Below are positions 18,901 to 29,467 of a stretch of DNA of 64,000 nucleotides, in pieces (positions within the stretch are counted from its first letter, which is position 1; every line of letters starts with the position of its first letter). The notes beneath the pieces were generated by a model. That model searched no databases and was not told the origin of the DNA. It saw only the letters and a list, made by a program, of their open reading frames with translations. Made by a program: the position numbers and the translations under genes. This DNA comes from Chloroflexota bacterium (GTDB taxonomy: Bacteria; Chloroflexota; UBA11872; VXOZ01): contig OZ244922.1 of assembly GCA_965221905.1 (NCBI GenBank), positions 2,176,001 through 2,240,000 on the forward strand, written 5' to 3'.

Positions 18901-20007
18901 ATGGCAGAAGCATTGAGAAAATGGTTACGGGAAGAAATACGCAGCCTGGCGGGTTTGCATGGCCCCTCCGGTCGTGAGCAAGCAGTCGTTGCCGCCCTGG
19001 CCGAGCGCTTGCGCCCGCTCGCGGAATCGGTTCACATAGACCAAATGGGCAACGTTTTCGCAAATTGTGGAGGGCCGGCGGACGCGCCCCTGATACTGTT
19101 GGACGCTCATGCGGATGAAATCGGCTGCCTCGTGCGCAGTATTGAGCCGGAGGGCTTCTTACGCATTTTCAAGGTAGGCGGCATCCTTGACGGCCTGCTC
19201 ACTGGGCGCAAGGTCTCAGTAAACGGCCTGCGGGGCGTGATCGGAGTGAAGGCCGGGCACCTGCAGTCACAGGAAGAACAGCGCACAGTCGTGCCGGTAA
19301 AGGATCTTTACGTAGACATTGGGTTCTCTTCTGCTGAAGAGGTAAGGCAAGCGGGAATTGCTGTCGGCGACCCGGTGACGTACGTCAGTGAAGTCGAGGA
19401 ATTAGCGAATCCAAACCGCCTCTGCGGCAAAGCAATTGATAACCGCGCCGGCTGCGCGGTGTTGCTCAAGGCAATCGAGCTACTAACGAAGGATTCTCTT
19501 CCCTTCCGTCTCGTAGCTCAGTTTACGGTGCAAGAGGAGACGGGACTACACGGCGCCGGACCGGCGGCGTTCAATTTCGAACCCCACCTTGCGATTGCGA
19601 TCGACACCGTGCCTTGCGGCGATACGCCCGACGTGAAGTTCCATAGCGAGCTTCCCATCGCCCTGGGAAGAGGACCGGTGATCCAGGCCGCAAGCAGCAG
19701 CTTATACGGAGGCATGATTACACCCGAAGCGGTGCTGGCTTTCGCAGTACGCACTGCCAAGCAGATTGGAATTCCGTATCAGGAAGCAATCCTCGAAGGC
19801 GGAAGCACCAACGCAACTGCCATTCACTACTCTCGGAACGGCATCCCGGCAATCGCGATCACAATTCCCCGTCGTTACTCGCACTCGCCCATAGAGGTGG
19901 TCGATTTAAACGACGTCACGGCCACGCTGCAACTTGTGGTAGTAATGGCACAGAAGGCTGACAGAGAAGGCTTTGCATTTGTCTCTAGCGGGCCGAAGAC
20001 GGGCTAG
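18901..20007 (+). CDS. M42-family metallo-aminopeptidase
   Basis: AHADEIG, KAIDNRAG, VQEETGL, RRYSHSP. Confidence 0.92.
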   Translation: MAEALRKWLREEIRSLAGLHGPSGREQAVVAALAERLRPLAESVHIDQMGNVFANCGGPADAPLILLDAHADEIGCLVRSIEPEGFLRIFKVGGILDGLLTGRKVSVNGLRGVIGVKAGHLQSQEEQRTVVPVKDLYVDIGFSSAEEVRQAGIAVGDPVTYVSEVEELANPNRLCGKAIDNRAGCAVLLKAIELLTKDSLPFRLVAQFTVQEETGLHGAGPAAFNFEPHLAIAIDTVPCGDTPDVKFHSELPIALGRGPVIQAASSSLYGGMITPEAVLAFAVRTAKQIGIPYQEAILEGGSTNATAIHYSRNGIPAIAITIPRRYSHSPIEVVDLNDVTATLQLVVVMAQKADREGFAFVSSGPKTG

Positions 20008-20831
20008 TCCTGCCCGGAGGCATTGCCTGGCGCCCCGTGTGTAGGAGTGGCCCCGCGCCAAAAGTGATTGACTGGGCTATGGCCGGACCCGATGGAATAG
20101 GAGTGTCGCAGCGCTCCCGTCAAGTATTCCTTTGCCTCACCTACGGCGTCAGGAAGAGAGAGACCCCGTGCCAGGTAGGCGGCGATGGCAGACGCCAGCG
20201 TGCAGCCTGTGCCGTGGTCGTTGCGCGTGATTACCCTTTCCTTCTCAAACGTGTAGTAGTTTGTGCCGTCGAATAGCACGTCACGCGCGGAACCGGCAGC
20301 GTGTCCGCCTTTGATAAGTGCCGCTCGGCACCCCAATCCAACGATCGCCTGCGCTGCCTGGCGCATTTCACGCTCCTCTCGCACCGGCGTGTCGAGCAGC
20401 CGTTCCACTTCAGGCAGATTGGGTGTGACGACAGTGGCGAGAGGGAAAAGCGTCTCGCGGTAGGCGGCAACCGCAGTATCGTCCACAAGCGGATCGCCGC
20501 TCTTTGCGGTCATCACCGGATCCACCACAAGCGCCTGTGGGATGTCTGCTTTCATCGAATCCGCAACCACGTTGATGATCTCGGCGTTGGCCAGCATCCC
20601 GGTCTTGATCGCATCGGCGCCAATGTCCGACCGCACCGAGTCTATCTGCGCCACCACCAGCGCGGGGGGCAATGCCATCCAATCTTGCACGCCGCAGGTG
20701 TTTTGGGCAGTAACGGCGGTCACCACAGTACTACCGTAGACGCCAAGCGCACTGAAGGTCTTCAAGTCCGCCTGCAATCCGGCGCCTGCTCCAGAATCTG
20801 AACCCGCAATGGTCAGGACACGCTTCGCCAT
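20004..20831 (-). CDS. thiD: Hydroxymethylpyrimidine/phosphomethylpyrimidine kinase
   Basis: LTIAGSDSGAGAGLQADLKT, TAQNT, VDPVM, TPNLPE, HGTGCT; ATG 20831 after GAGGAA. Confidence 0.96.
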   Translation of the reverse strand: MAKRVLTIAGSDSGAGAGLQADLKTFSALGVYGSTVVTAVTAQNTCGVQDWMALPPALVVAQIDSVRSDIGADAIKTGMLANAEIINVVADSMKADIPQALVVDPVMTAKSGDPLVDDTAVAAYRETLFPLATVVTPNLPEVERLLDTPVREEREMRQAAQAIVGLGCRAALIKGGHAAGSARDVLFDGTNYYTFEKERVITRNDHGTGCTLASAIAAYLARGLSLPDAVGEAKEYLTGALRHSYSIGSGHSPVNHFWRGATPTHGAPGNASGQD

Positions 20832-21238
20832 TGTTTCCTCCGCACTATTGCGCAATCTTGCGCAACCACTGTCATCCCTCGCTCACGCGCCGCAGCAATC
20901 GCAGTATCGGATTCCGAACCCGGTTGCATCCACACATTCAGGATTCCCAGCGCAAAACACGTTTCGACGGTCTGCTCGGTTACGGCGGGAGGCACCACCG
21001 TCACGACAACATCGGGCCTTTTAGGCAGGTCTGCCAGGGCGGAAAACAGCTCATCTCCTGCCACGACACCGCCCTTCGGATTCACGCCCTGCACCTGATA
21101 CCCCGATTCAAGCAATGCCAGAAACACACGGTGACCGAATTTAAGCGGATCATGAGAAACGCCTACCACGGCCCACGAGCGCAGATTGATAAGCCTCGAC
21201 ACGCTTGCTTCATGATCCGACGTAGACCGGACAGTCAT
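20813..21238 (-). CDS. CoA-binding protein (YccU-like)
   Basis: WAVVGVS...KFG, VNPK, VWMQPGSE, C-terminal C. Confidence 0.9.
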   Translation of the reverse strand: MTVRSTSDHEASVSRLINLRSWAVVGVSHDPLKFGHRVFLALLESGYQVQGVNPKGGVVAGDELFSALADLPKRPDVVVTVVPPAVTEQTVETCFALGILNVWMQPGSESDTAIAAARERGMTVVAQDCAIVRRKQWRSVS

Positions 21239-21490
21239 TGCACTCTACCCAACTCCACCGATAAATCTTCCAAGACGAACCCACCGGCTCGAATGCGCCG
21301 AAGAAGCCGACCTCACTCAGATTACGACTTCTAAATGGCAAAGGTCGAAAGAGCCCCATCTATTGCAGTATCGGAAGTGCCCGGCCGTCCTCATCGAAAC
21401 GACAATATAACCGAATGAGTGTGTCCTTACGTTGCCCTGGAATAGTCCCCGCAAGCTCTCCAGTTAGCGACAAGCCCGCTCGCTCGAACC

Positions 21491-21835
21491 CTACCGCACG
21501 TCCTCGCGGAACTTCTCAATGCGTGATAACTGGCAGGTCAACCAAACGTCTTTAGGCATGATGGGGTGGGCATATGCCGTTATCACTGTCTCACCTGAAC
21601 CCTCTAAACGGTCAAGGAGACCTGTAAATTCCAATTCCAGAAAGGCCAACGTGAGTTTCGCCCTTGGCAACGTAGCAAGTCTCGCCTGCAGCAGCACAAT
21701 GTTGGATTCTACAACATCAAAGGGCTCGTAGATGTGTCCGAATGCAAGAGAAGGATCATTGATCAGCCGCTGGGTGGTCCGTCGGAAAGCTGGTCGTGCC
21801 ACTAATACCTTCTCTCTTCCAAGACCTATCGACAC
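21491..21835 (-). CDS. Hypothetical protein (114 aa)
   Basis: Protein-like composition; fills the gap divergent from dnaN; GAGG upstream; no recognised motif. Confidence 0.6.
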   Translation of the reverse strand: MSIGLGREKVLVARPAFRRTTQRLINDPSLAFGHIYEPFDVVESNIVLLQARLATLPRAKLTLAFLELEFTGLLDRLEGSGETVITAYAHPIMPKDVWLTCQLSRIEKFREDVR

Positions 21836-21891
21836 GCGGTCCCATCGCCTCTACTGATCACAGAAGTCCAATTAGCTAACCTGCTGCATCG

Positions 21892-21920
21892 TTGACACGT
21901 GGCTGGCTCCAGTATACTAT
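21892..21920 (+). promoter_or_regulatory. Sigma70-type promoter of dnaN
   Basis: TTGACA, 17 nt, TACTAT. Confidence 0.7.
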
Positions 21921-22002
21921 GGGCTACACAGGCCGCCAAGGAAATTTGGCGGCGGTCTAGTTTTGTCAATATATATCGAAGTACGTATGCGGAGCGCGAT
22001 TA

Positions 22003-23130
22003 GTGAAAATCTCGTGCCTACAAGAAAACCTCGCCAAAGGCCTCGCCATCGTTGGCCGGGCAGTGGCAACGCGCAGCCCCCTCCCTGTACTGAGCAATGT
22101 CTTGATCGCTACCGACCAAGGGCGTCTAAAGCTCTCGGCAATGAATCAAGAGATTGGAATCGTCCATTGGATTGGCTGTAAGGTCGAGACAGAGGGCGAA
22201 GTCACAGTGCTCGCGCGGTTGCTTAGCGAGTTTATCGGTTCGCTGCCCAATGAACGTGTGGATTTGGAACTAGATAGTGAAAACCTTACGCTGCACCTCA
22301 ATTGTGGACGGTACCAGGCAAACGTCAAGGGGATCGCAGCGGAGGAATTCCCCCCAATTCCGTTGGGTGACGGGGACCCCACGCTTGTGCTGGACGCAAC
22401 GCTGCTGCGGGAGAGCATCGAGCAGGTGGCCATGGCGGCAGCCAGCGATGACCCCCGTCAATACCTTCAAGGAGTGGCGGTAATCATCGAGCCGGATAAG
22501 GTCGTGCTTGTAGCGTCAGACGGGTTTCGCATGGCCGTGCGTACGCTCGCGGTCGAGAGCGGCGTTAGCGAGAAAACCGAGTTCATTGTACCTGCCCGCA
22601 GCTTGACGGAGCTATCGCGCGTCTTGACCGATAGCGAGCATCCGGTAGAGATTCGCCTTACCCAGAATCGCAACCAAGTAATCTTCAGTACCGGTGACGT
22701 ACACCTGGTCTCACGCCTCATCGAAGGCACTTTCCCCAACTACACGCAGATGATTCCTGCCGACCACCAGACGGACATTCAGGTCTCCACGGCTGATCTC
22801 ATGCAATGTACTCGCATGGCGTCGTTCTTTGCGCGCGATGGGGCCAATGTGATCAAACTGGAAGCCACACCGGACGATGAGAAAGGCAACCTTACCATTA
22901 CGGCAACCGCCACCGAACTTGGCGATAACCGCTCAGACCTGGAGGCGCAGGTCACTGGTGAGGAAACGCTCATCGCATTCAATGCTCGCTATCTACTCGA
23001 TTGCATAAATGCCATTAATTCACCTGACATGAAAATCGAGCTTGCAGGTTCGACCAGCCCGGGGGTTATTCGCCCTACTGACGATACTGACTATGTCCAT
23101 GTGATTATGCCTATGCACACAGTACGGTGA
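22003..23130 (+). CDS. dnaN: DNA polymerase III beta sliding clamp
   Basis: LPVLSNVL, ASDGFRM, SRLIEGTFPNY, IAFNARYL, VIMPM. Confidence 0.98.
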   Translation: MKISCLQENLAKGLAIVGRAVATRSPLPVLSNVLIATDQGRLKLSAMNQEIGIVHWIGCKVETEGEVTVLARLLSEFIGSLPNERVDLELDSENLTLHLNCGRYQANVKGIAAEEFPPIPLGDGDPTLVLDATLLRESIEQVAMAAASDDPRQYLQGVAVIIEPDKVVLVASDGFRMAVRTLAVESGVSEKTEFIVPARSLTELSRVLTDSEHPVEIRLTQNRNQVIFSTGDVHLVSRLIEGTFPNYTQMIPADHQTDIQVSTADLMQCTRMASFFARDGANVIKLEATPDDEKGNLTITATATELGDNRSDLEAQVTGEETLIAFNARYLLDCINAINSPDMKIELAGSTSPGVIRPTDDTDYVHVIMPMHTVR

Positions 23131-24068
23131 GTATGCGTACAGAGGTCGAACAGAATCTCATGATTCGGGAAGACACGCTGCCCTCGTCTGAGCGAGGCAA
23201 TGTGATTCGAACCGCAGTTTGCCAGTATGCGCCGGTGCTCGGGGACTTGCCTGCCAATGTTGAAAAGGGCGCACAGGCGATTCAAGAAGCGGCCGATAAC
23301 GGCGCCGACCTGATCGTACTACCTGAGATGGCAAACAGTGGCTATGTCGTGTTTTCCAGCGACGAAGCACGTGCGCTAGCGGAGCGACCGGATGAAAGCC
23401 CTGCCATGGCACGCTGGCAGCAGCTCGCGCAAGAGTATGACACACATATCGTCGCCGGCATTGGCGAAAAAGTTAGTGAAACTGAGCTCTATAATTCGGC
23501 TCTCGTCATTGGCCCCGCCGGCATTCTCGGCACATACCGCAAGACGCATCTCTTCTATGAGGAAAAACTCTACTACAGGCCTGGCAACTTGGGCTATCCG
23601 GTCTTTGACCTGCCGTTCGGTCGTGTCGGCATTCTGATTTGCTATGACCTTAGGTTTCCTGAGGCAAGCCGCATTCTGGCGCTGCGGGGGGCTGACATGA
23701 TCTGCGTACCTACGAATTGGGTAAGCATGATGACCCCGGATAGACTGTGGGATTCGCAAGGGTACTGTCAGGCGAACTATGTGGCTCTTGCCAATGCCGT
23801 GATGAACCAGGTGTTCATGGCGTGCGCCGACCGCGTAGGCAAAGAGCGCGGCGTTCAGTTTCTGGGCTGCAGCCTCATCATCGATCCCGCAGGCACGCCC
23901 CTGGCCGGCCCGGCCAGCACCGACGGTGATGAAGTGCTGGTAGCGGAAATGAACCTCTCCTCCGCCCGCAGAGCGAAGCATAGAAACGAACTCAACCATG
24001 CCTGGCTCGACCGTAGAACAGACCTCTATAGCTCTACGCTTGGTTATGAAGCAGATCCACACCCATAG
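23127..24068 (+). CDS. Carbon-nitrogen hydrolase (nitrilase/amidase family)
   Basis: Glu-Lys-Cys triad motifs LPEM, YRKTHL, ICYDLRFPE; exact start uncertain. Confidence 0.92.
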   Translation: MSMRTEVEQNLMIREDTLPSSERGNVIRTAVCQYAPVLGDLPANVEKGAQAIQEAADNGADLIVLPEMANSGYVVFSSDEARALAERPDESPAMARWQQLAQEYDTHIVAGIGEKVSETELYNSALVIGPAGILGTYRKTHLFYEEKLYYRPGNLGYPVFDLPFGRVGILICYDLRFPEASRILALRGADMICVPTNWVSMMTPDRLWDSQGYCQANYVALANAVMNQVFMACADRVGKERGVQFLGCSLIIDPAGTPLAGPASTDGDEVLVAEMNLSSARRAKHRNELNHAWLDRRTDLYSSTLGYEADPHP

Positions 24069-24289
24069 AGTGTCACTTCTTGAAGACTTAGAGAAGAGCT
24101 ACCCTCATTGGTGAGACCTCGTCTGGTGTAAACGGATCAGTTACTTCTCAGCCGGGGACTTCCACATAGAGGAGGAGCGTCTTGCTAGTGTGCGGCAAAG
24201 AAGCTTGTTCGCAGAGAGGAAGCGCAATTTGCCAGCTACCTATCAATCCCCTTATTCCCATTCAAGGCACTAGGAGCTAGCGTATTCAA

Positions 24290-26647
24290 GTGAGTCTGCC
24301 GACATTCCACGTAGCTCACAAGTCTGTGCCGTCTTCCGTGCCTGGGCAGACACCGTTCCTTACTTGCGAGAGCAAGTGTAACTTGACGGTACCTGGAGTG
24401 AAGACACTCAGGGCATCAAGAGTTGCCACCCGAGCACTCAGGCAAGTCTTTTGCATCTTGGGTCTGCTCCTCGCAGGAAGCGTTATACTAGCATCCTGCG
24501 GCGACAGAGATAAAGAGGCCGAGACTCCATCCGCCGCGATCCCGCCATCTGCCGCCAATCTAACCGAGGCATCTACTCTCCTCTCATCACTGCCTTGCTT
24601 TACCGACCTCACCGCAGCGCACAAGGCTGGTCCCGTTGCAAGTCCAACACCGGAGACCATTAGGATCCAGATGCTCGAGCGTCCATACCGCATAGTCCCC
24701 AATGATATCGTGCTCAAGCGGGGTCGCAGCTATCGGCTCATCATACAGGCCAACGAGGAGTGGCAGCACTTCGCCTCAGGCGTACTAACCTATGACATTA
24801 ACCTTCCCCCTCACGGCCAAGCGGAGGTTCTCCTGCAGCCACAGCAACTCGGCGTGTTTCCAATCTCAAATCATCGTCACATTCCGGAGAGCATCCTTAG
24901 AAGCACCATAACCGTAGTACCAGCGAGCATTGAAGTCTCCACATGGAATCCACTCTGTGCGGAACTCTCCGTTGAATCTCCACCGACCGGCGCTGACTTG
25001 AGCACACCATTCGTTATCCAAGGCTCCGTGATCCATCCCGGCGACAGTAGTCTTCGCGTAACGCGCATAGAGGCCTGGAGTAACGATATTCTGGTGGGTA
25101 GTACCGCAAGTGAGCAGCTTATTCCTCGCGGCAATAGCAGCGAATTCTTCCTCACCGTCCTAGACCTGCCTCCAGGCGACCACTCCCTACTGCTCAAGGC
25201 TTCTCTTCAGAACGGCGCTCTCGCAGCTACTGCGACCATGCAAATCTCTACACCCGCAGAAAGCCCACCTACTGCTTTGCTGCCTGGCTATCGTGGCAAC
25301 ATCGATCTTCCTGCCGAAGGCGGCTTTCTCAGTCTTCCCGTTACAATTCAAGGCTGGGTCGTCATACCGGGAAGCAAGAGTGGCACCGGTGTTGGATCTG
25401 TTGAAATCTGGAACGGACCACGTGAAACGGGTACGTTTCTCACTGAAGCAGTCTACGGCACGTATCGCCCTGATGTAGCCGAAGCACTAGGTGACCCTAA
25501 CTACTCCAGCAGCGGGTTTTACGCCGAAGTCTTCGACCTACCTGCCGGCCCCGTTGAGCTCCACCTTTACGTACGCGACCGCGAAGCCGGTGAGTACGTG
25601 TCCCCCCGATTTCGCCAATCTTCGCTTACCCGCAGCGTCTCCCTCGCTGAAGGCAAAGTCACCGATGCAGACTGGCCTGTGGCCCTGGCAGCCGCTCCAG
25701 ACGGCAGGCTCTTCTATGCTGAACTCCTCACCGGCAACATACGCATTTGGCGCGACGGTCAGCTTCTCCCGGTTCCCTTCGGCTCTATCGTTGACGTCTC
25801 AAATCATGGAGAGTCCGGTCTCCTTGGCCTTGCCCTTCATCCAGAATTCCCGCAAGAGCCGTATGTCTATGCCATGTACACGGTAGATTATCCGGAGACG
25901 GGCTTCCCTCTTATCCAGCGCGTCGTTCGTTTTCGCGACGATAACGGAACCGGCAGGGATTACACTGTGATCATCGAAAACCTCCCCGCAACAACAACGG
26001 GTCTTCACAACGGCGGTCGCATTGCCTTTGGGCCGGATGGCAAGCTTTATCTCACAATTGGCGATACTGACATACCGGACCTAGCCCAAGACCCCACAAA
26101 TCTGGCAGGCTCCATCCTGCGATTCAATCCCGATGGCACCATCCCCAACGATAATCCCATTCCTGGTTCTCCTATTTACGCCATGGGATTGCGAAATGTC
26201 TTTGGTCTTGCATTCCAGCCGGAGAGCGGATACTTGTTCGCGACTGAGAACGGGCCGGGCGGATTTGACGAGGTAAATAGGATTCAAGCCGGCCATAACT
26301 ACGGCTGGCCGGGCTATATGGGTGTAACCAATGAGAAGGGTTTTACCGATCCAATCATAGTCTTTGGCACGTGGCCGAATCCGACCTACGGCCCCACCGG
26401 GGCGGCCTTCGCACCTGGAAATCCGGAACTCTTCCTCTTCTGCGCCTTCCACGTGCCCTCGCTCCATGCGCTGCAATTGGGTGGTCCTGACTACAGCACG
26501 GTAGAACGCGAACTGGTGTTGTCGAAGCACTGTATTCTGGACGCAGCGGCCTCTGACGACGGTTGGATCTACTACAGCACTACCTCCGCCATCTTCAGAG
26601 CACGGCTTGATGACCTGTTGCAACTTCACGAGTATGAGGCACAATGA
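24290..26647 (+). CDS. Multidomain lipoprotein, paralog 1: cupredoxin-like, Ig-like domains, PQQ-dependent sugar dehydrogenase (GSDH/YliI type)
   Basis: Lipobox LASC; GLLGLALHP, HNGGRIAFGPDG, GLRN, ENGPGGFDEVN, NYGWP; the start may be GTG 24398. Confidence 0.88.
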   Translation: MSLPTFHVAHKSVPSSVPGQTPFLTCESKCNLTVPGVKTLRASRVATRALRQVFCILGLLLAGSVILASCGDRDKEAETPSAAIPPSAANLTEASTLLSSLPCFTDLTAAHKAGPVASPTPETIRIQMLERPYRIVPNDIVLKRGRSYRLIIQANEEWQHFASGVLTYDINLPPHGQAEVLLQPQQLGVFPISNHRHIPESILRSTITVVPASIEVSTWNPLCAELSVESPPTGADLSTPFVIQGSVIHPGDSSLRVTRIEAWSNDILVGSTASEQLIPRGNSSEFFLTVLDLPPGDHSLLLKASLQNGALAATATMQISTPAESPPTALLPGYRGNIDLPAEGGFLSLPVTIQGWVVIPGSKSGTGVGSVEIWNGPRETGTFLTEAVYGTYRPDVAEALGDPNYSSSGFYAEVFDLPAGPVELHLYVRDREAGEYVSPRFRQSSLTRSVSLAEGKVTDADWPVALAAAPDGRLFYAELLTGNIRIWRDGQLLPVPFGSIVDVSNHGESGLLGLALHPEFPQEPYVYAMYTVDYPETGFPLIQRVVRFRDDNGTGRDYTVIIENLPATTTGLHNGGRIAFGPDGKLYLTIGDTDIPDLAQDPTNLAGSILRFNPDGTIPNDNPIPGSPIYAMGLRNVFGLAFQPESGYLFATENGPGGFDEVNRIQAGHNYGWPGYMGVTNEKGFTDPIIVFGTWPNPTYGPTGAAFAPGNPELFLFCAFHVPSLHALQLGGPDYSTVERELVLSKHCILDAAASDDGWIYYSTTSAIFRARLDDLLQLHEYEAQ

Positions 26648-26926
26648 GTTACTGTGGTGGCAAGCCAACGATACGTCTTCATTCGCCAGGCAAAAGGGCA
26701 AAGTGCCGGGCAATTTGGGGAAGGTGAAGTGCTCTAATTCTTGTCCTTAGTCAGACACACTCTCTACAACGTGAATAAGCGCCTGTAGACACAGGCTCTG
26801 TTTCAAAGTCATTAGAGTTGGCGAAGTGCCGAATTATCGCAATTGCAGGATCACAGAATGTCGCACCTTTCGCAATTGAGTTGCACAGATGTGACTGATC
26901 AAGATAAGTAAGGAGAACCTAGCAAG

Positions 26927-29191
26927 TTGCTGGTGGAGGAACGCGGTGGCTACTCTCACACGGTGAATTCTTACACTTACATCCTTAGCATGATTGTCTT
27001 AGGGTCGATCCTGTTGGCGTCATGTGGCGACGGTGGGGAAAAAATCGCTGCGCCCACAGCGTTTCTTCCTTCGCCAGAACCGGATGCTACACGTCTACCC
27101 AGCCAGGCTCCGTTTGCACCCCTCCCGCCGCTATTGCCATGCCACATTGAGCTTGTTGAAGCGGAAAAGGCTGAACCCATTGTTAGCCCCACGCCAGAGA
27201 CAATCAGACTGCAAGTGCTTGATCGTCCTTACCGAATAGTTCCTAACGACATCGTCCTCATTCGTAATCGTAGCTATCGACTAATCTTGCAAGCGCACAA
27301 CGATTGGCTCCAATTTTCCGTAGGCATCTTGAGCCACGACCTTCTCATACCACCAAACGGAGAAGCCGAGACAATTGTGCAACCCAAAGTCCTAGGCATC
27401 TATCCAATCTCGAATGTTCGTCACCTACCTGAAACCGACTTGGCAAGCACCATTACGGTGGTTCCTGAAGGCGCATCCGTGTCAACGTGGCATCCGTATT
27501 GCGCCGAACTGTCCGTTCTAGCTCCACCGCCAGACGCCACTGTGAGTGCGCCATTCGTCATTCAGGGTTCAGTCGTGGAACCCAGCGTTGGCGATCTTCG
27601 CGTTACGCGTATCGAGGCCTGGAGCGATGGCAGGAAAGTAGGCGAAACGTCAAGAGAGCACTTCATATCCCAAGACTCATACGAAGACTTCCTCCTTACC
27701 ATTCCATACTTGCCTCCAGGCACCCACTCACTGCTCCTCCAGGCTTATCTTCAAAACGGAAGTCTGGCCGTTACGGCATCTTTGCCACTCTCCATACTCG
27801 CTGAACCTGCCTCTACCACTCCATCCCAAGGTTACCGTGGCAGCATAGACATCCCTGACGAGAACCGTCTCCTTAGCCTTCCTGTCACAGTTCAAGGCTG
27901 GGCAGTCATTCCTGGCAGTAGGAACGGCACTGGTGTCGGTTCGGTCGAAGTCTGGAACGGGCCGCGCGAGACCGGTTCATTTCTCACCGAAGCTATTTAC
28001 GGCACGTATCGCCCTGATGTAGTTCAAGTCCTCGGCGATCCCCGTTTTGCGAGCAGCGGATTCTACGCTAGAATTCCCAATCTCTCTGCAGGTCCCGCCA
28101 ACCTCCATATCTACATCCGTGACCGCGAATCCGGCGACTACGTGTCCCCCCACCTCTTTCAATCGCCTTTAGTACGCAGTTTCTCCCTAGCAGAGGGCAA
28201 AGTCACCGATGCGGCCTGGCCTGTGGCCCTTGCGGCCGCCCCAGACGGCCGGCTCTTCTTTGCCGAGCTACTCACCGGCAATATTCGCATCCTGCAAGGT
28301 GATAAAATTCTCCCAGAACCCTTTGCTACACTTAGGGATGTATCGAACTATTGGGAGTCTGGCCTTATGGGGCTTGCCCTCCATCCAAACTTCCCACAAG
28401 AACCATACGTCTACGCAATGTACGTCGTGGAAAACCCTGAGACAGGTCTGCCCAGCGGCCAGCGCGTCGTGCGCTTTCGTGATGTCAACAATGCCGGTCA
28501 AGACTACACAGTGATCCTCGACAATCTGCCCTCTACGACCACCAATAGACACAATGGCGGACGTATTGCCATAGGTCCCGACGGCAACCTCTATCTCTCT
28601 ATCGGTGACATTGACATTCCTAGCCTCGCTCAAGACACCACGAGCCCCGTTGGTTCTATTCTTCGCATAAGTGCTGATGGCAGCATTCCCGATGACAATC
28701 CTATTTCCGGTTCACTTGTCTACGCCAGTGGTTTGCGCAATGTATTTGGCCTCGCCTTCCAACCAGAGACTGGATATCTCTTTGCGACCGACAACGGCCC
28801 GGGCGGTTTCGATGAAGTGAACAAGATCGAAGCCGGCCACAACTACGGCTGGCCTCTTCATATGGGCGTAACACGTTCAGAGGGTTATACCGACCCTATC
28901 GCCGTTTATGGTAACTGGCCTGAGAGACCCATCGGGCCTACCGGCGTGACCTTTAGTCCTGAACGACCGGACTTGCTGCTCTTTTGCGCTTACCACGACT
29001 TCTTCCTGCGCGCGGTGCGATTGAGCGGTCCAGAGTTCGAGTCCGCTGAGAGTACCACGGTACTGTCGAGAAACTGCGCGCTTGACGTGACTTACAGCGC
29101 TGACGGTTGGCTCTACTACAGCACAGTGTCCGCAATCTTCCGAGCGCGGCTCGATGACCTCGTGCGACTCCAAGAGGCAGACGCCAAGTGA
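26927..29191 (+). CDS. Multidomain PQQ-dependent sugar dehydrogenase lipoprotein, paralog 2
   Basis: Same architecture and motifs as paralog 1; AAGGAG before TTG. Confidence 0.88.
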   Translation: MLVEERGGYSHTVNSYTYILSMIVLGSILLASCGDGGEKIAAPTAFLPSPEPDATRLPSQAPFAPLPPLLPCHIELVEAEKAEPIVSPTPETIRLQVLDRPYRIVPNDIVLIRNRSYRLILQAHNDWLQFSVGILSHDLLIPPNGEAETIVQPKVLGIYPISNVRHLPETDLASTITVVPEGASVSTWHPYCAELSVLAPPPDATVSAPFVIQGSVVEPSVGDLRVTRIEAWSDGRKVGETSREHFISQDSYEDFLLTIPYLPPGTHSLLLQAYLQNGSLAVTASLPLSILAEPASTTPSQGYRGSIDIPDENRLLSLPVTVQGWAVIPGSRNGTGVGSVEVWNGPRETGSFLTEAIYGTYRPDVVQVLGDPRFASSGFYARIPNLSAGPANLHIYIRDRESGDYVSPHLFQSPLVRSFSLAEGKVTDAAWPVALAAAPDGRLFFAELLTGNIRILQGDKILPEPFATLRDVSNYWESGLMGLALHPNFPQEPYVYAMYVVENPETGLPSGQRVVRFRDVNNAGQDYTVILDNLPSTTTNRHNGGRIAIGPDGNLYLSIGDIDIPSLAQDTTSPVGSILRISADGSIPDDNPISGSLVYASGLRNVFGLAFQPETGYLFATDNGPGGFDEVNKIEAGHNYGWPLHMGVTRSEGYTDPIAVYGNWPERPIGPTGVTFSPERPDLLLFCAYHDFFLRAVRLSGPEFESAESTTVLSRNCALDVTYSADGWLYYSTVSAIFRARLDDLVRLQEADAK

Positions 29192-29467
29192 CCAGAGGCA
29201 TGTGGGAGAATACTGCCATACCGTCCACCGAGAGTCTTTACAGAGCATCGGATCAAAAGATTTCAAGAAGCTTTGGGTCTTGTGGTACTCGCCGCTTGAC
29301 AAATCTTCTTCAATTGAGAAGGAATGGCGAGTTGGAGGAAAGCGCCGGGCGCAGCGGAAGCAGCCAAGAGGGTGGTCCGGAAAGTACCTTGAGCAATATC
29401 CATCACTCTGCTTGGCGTGAAGAGAAAATTAGTGAGTAGAATACGCGAAAAGAATGAGGAGCAAGCA

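Noticed and set aside
26837-29315. Shared CAATTG-centred motif upstream of paralogs 2 and 3
   Set aside because: Only a 6-9 bp core, not clearly present before paralog 1; chance is plausible
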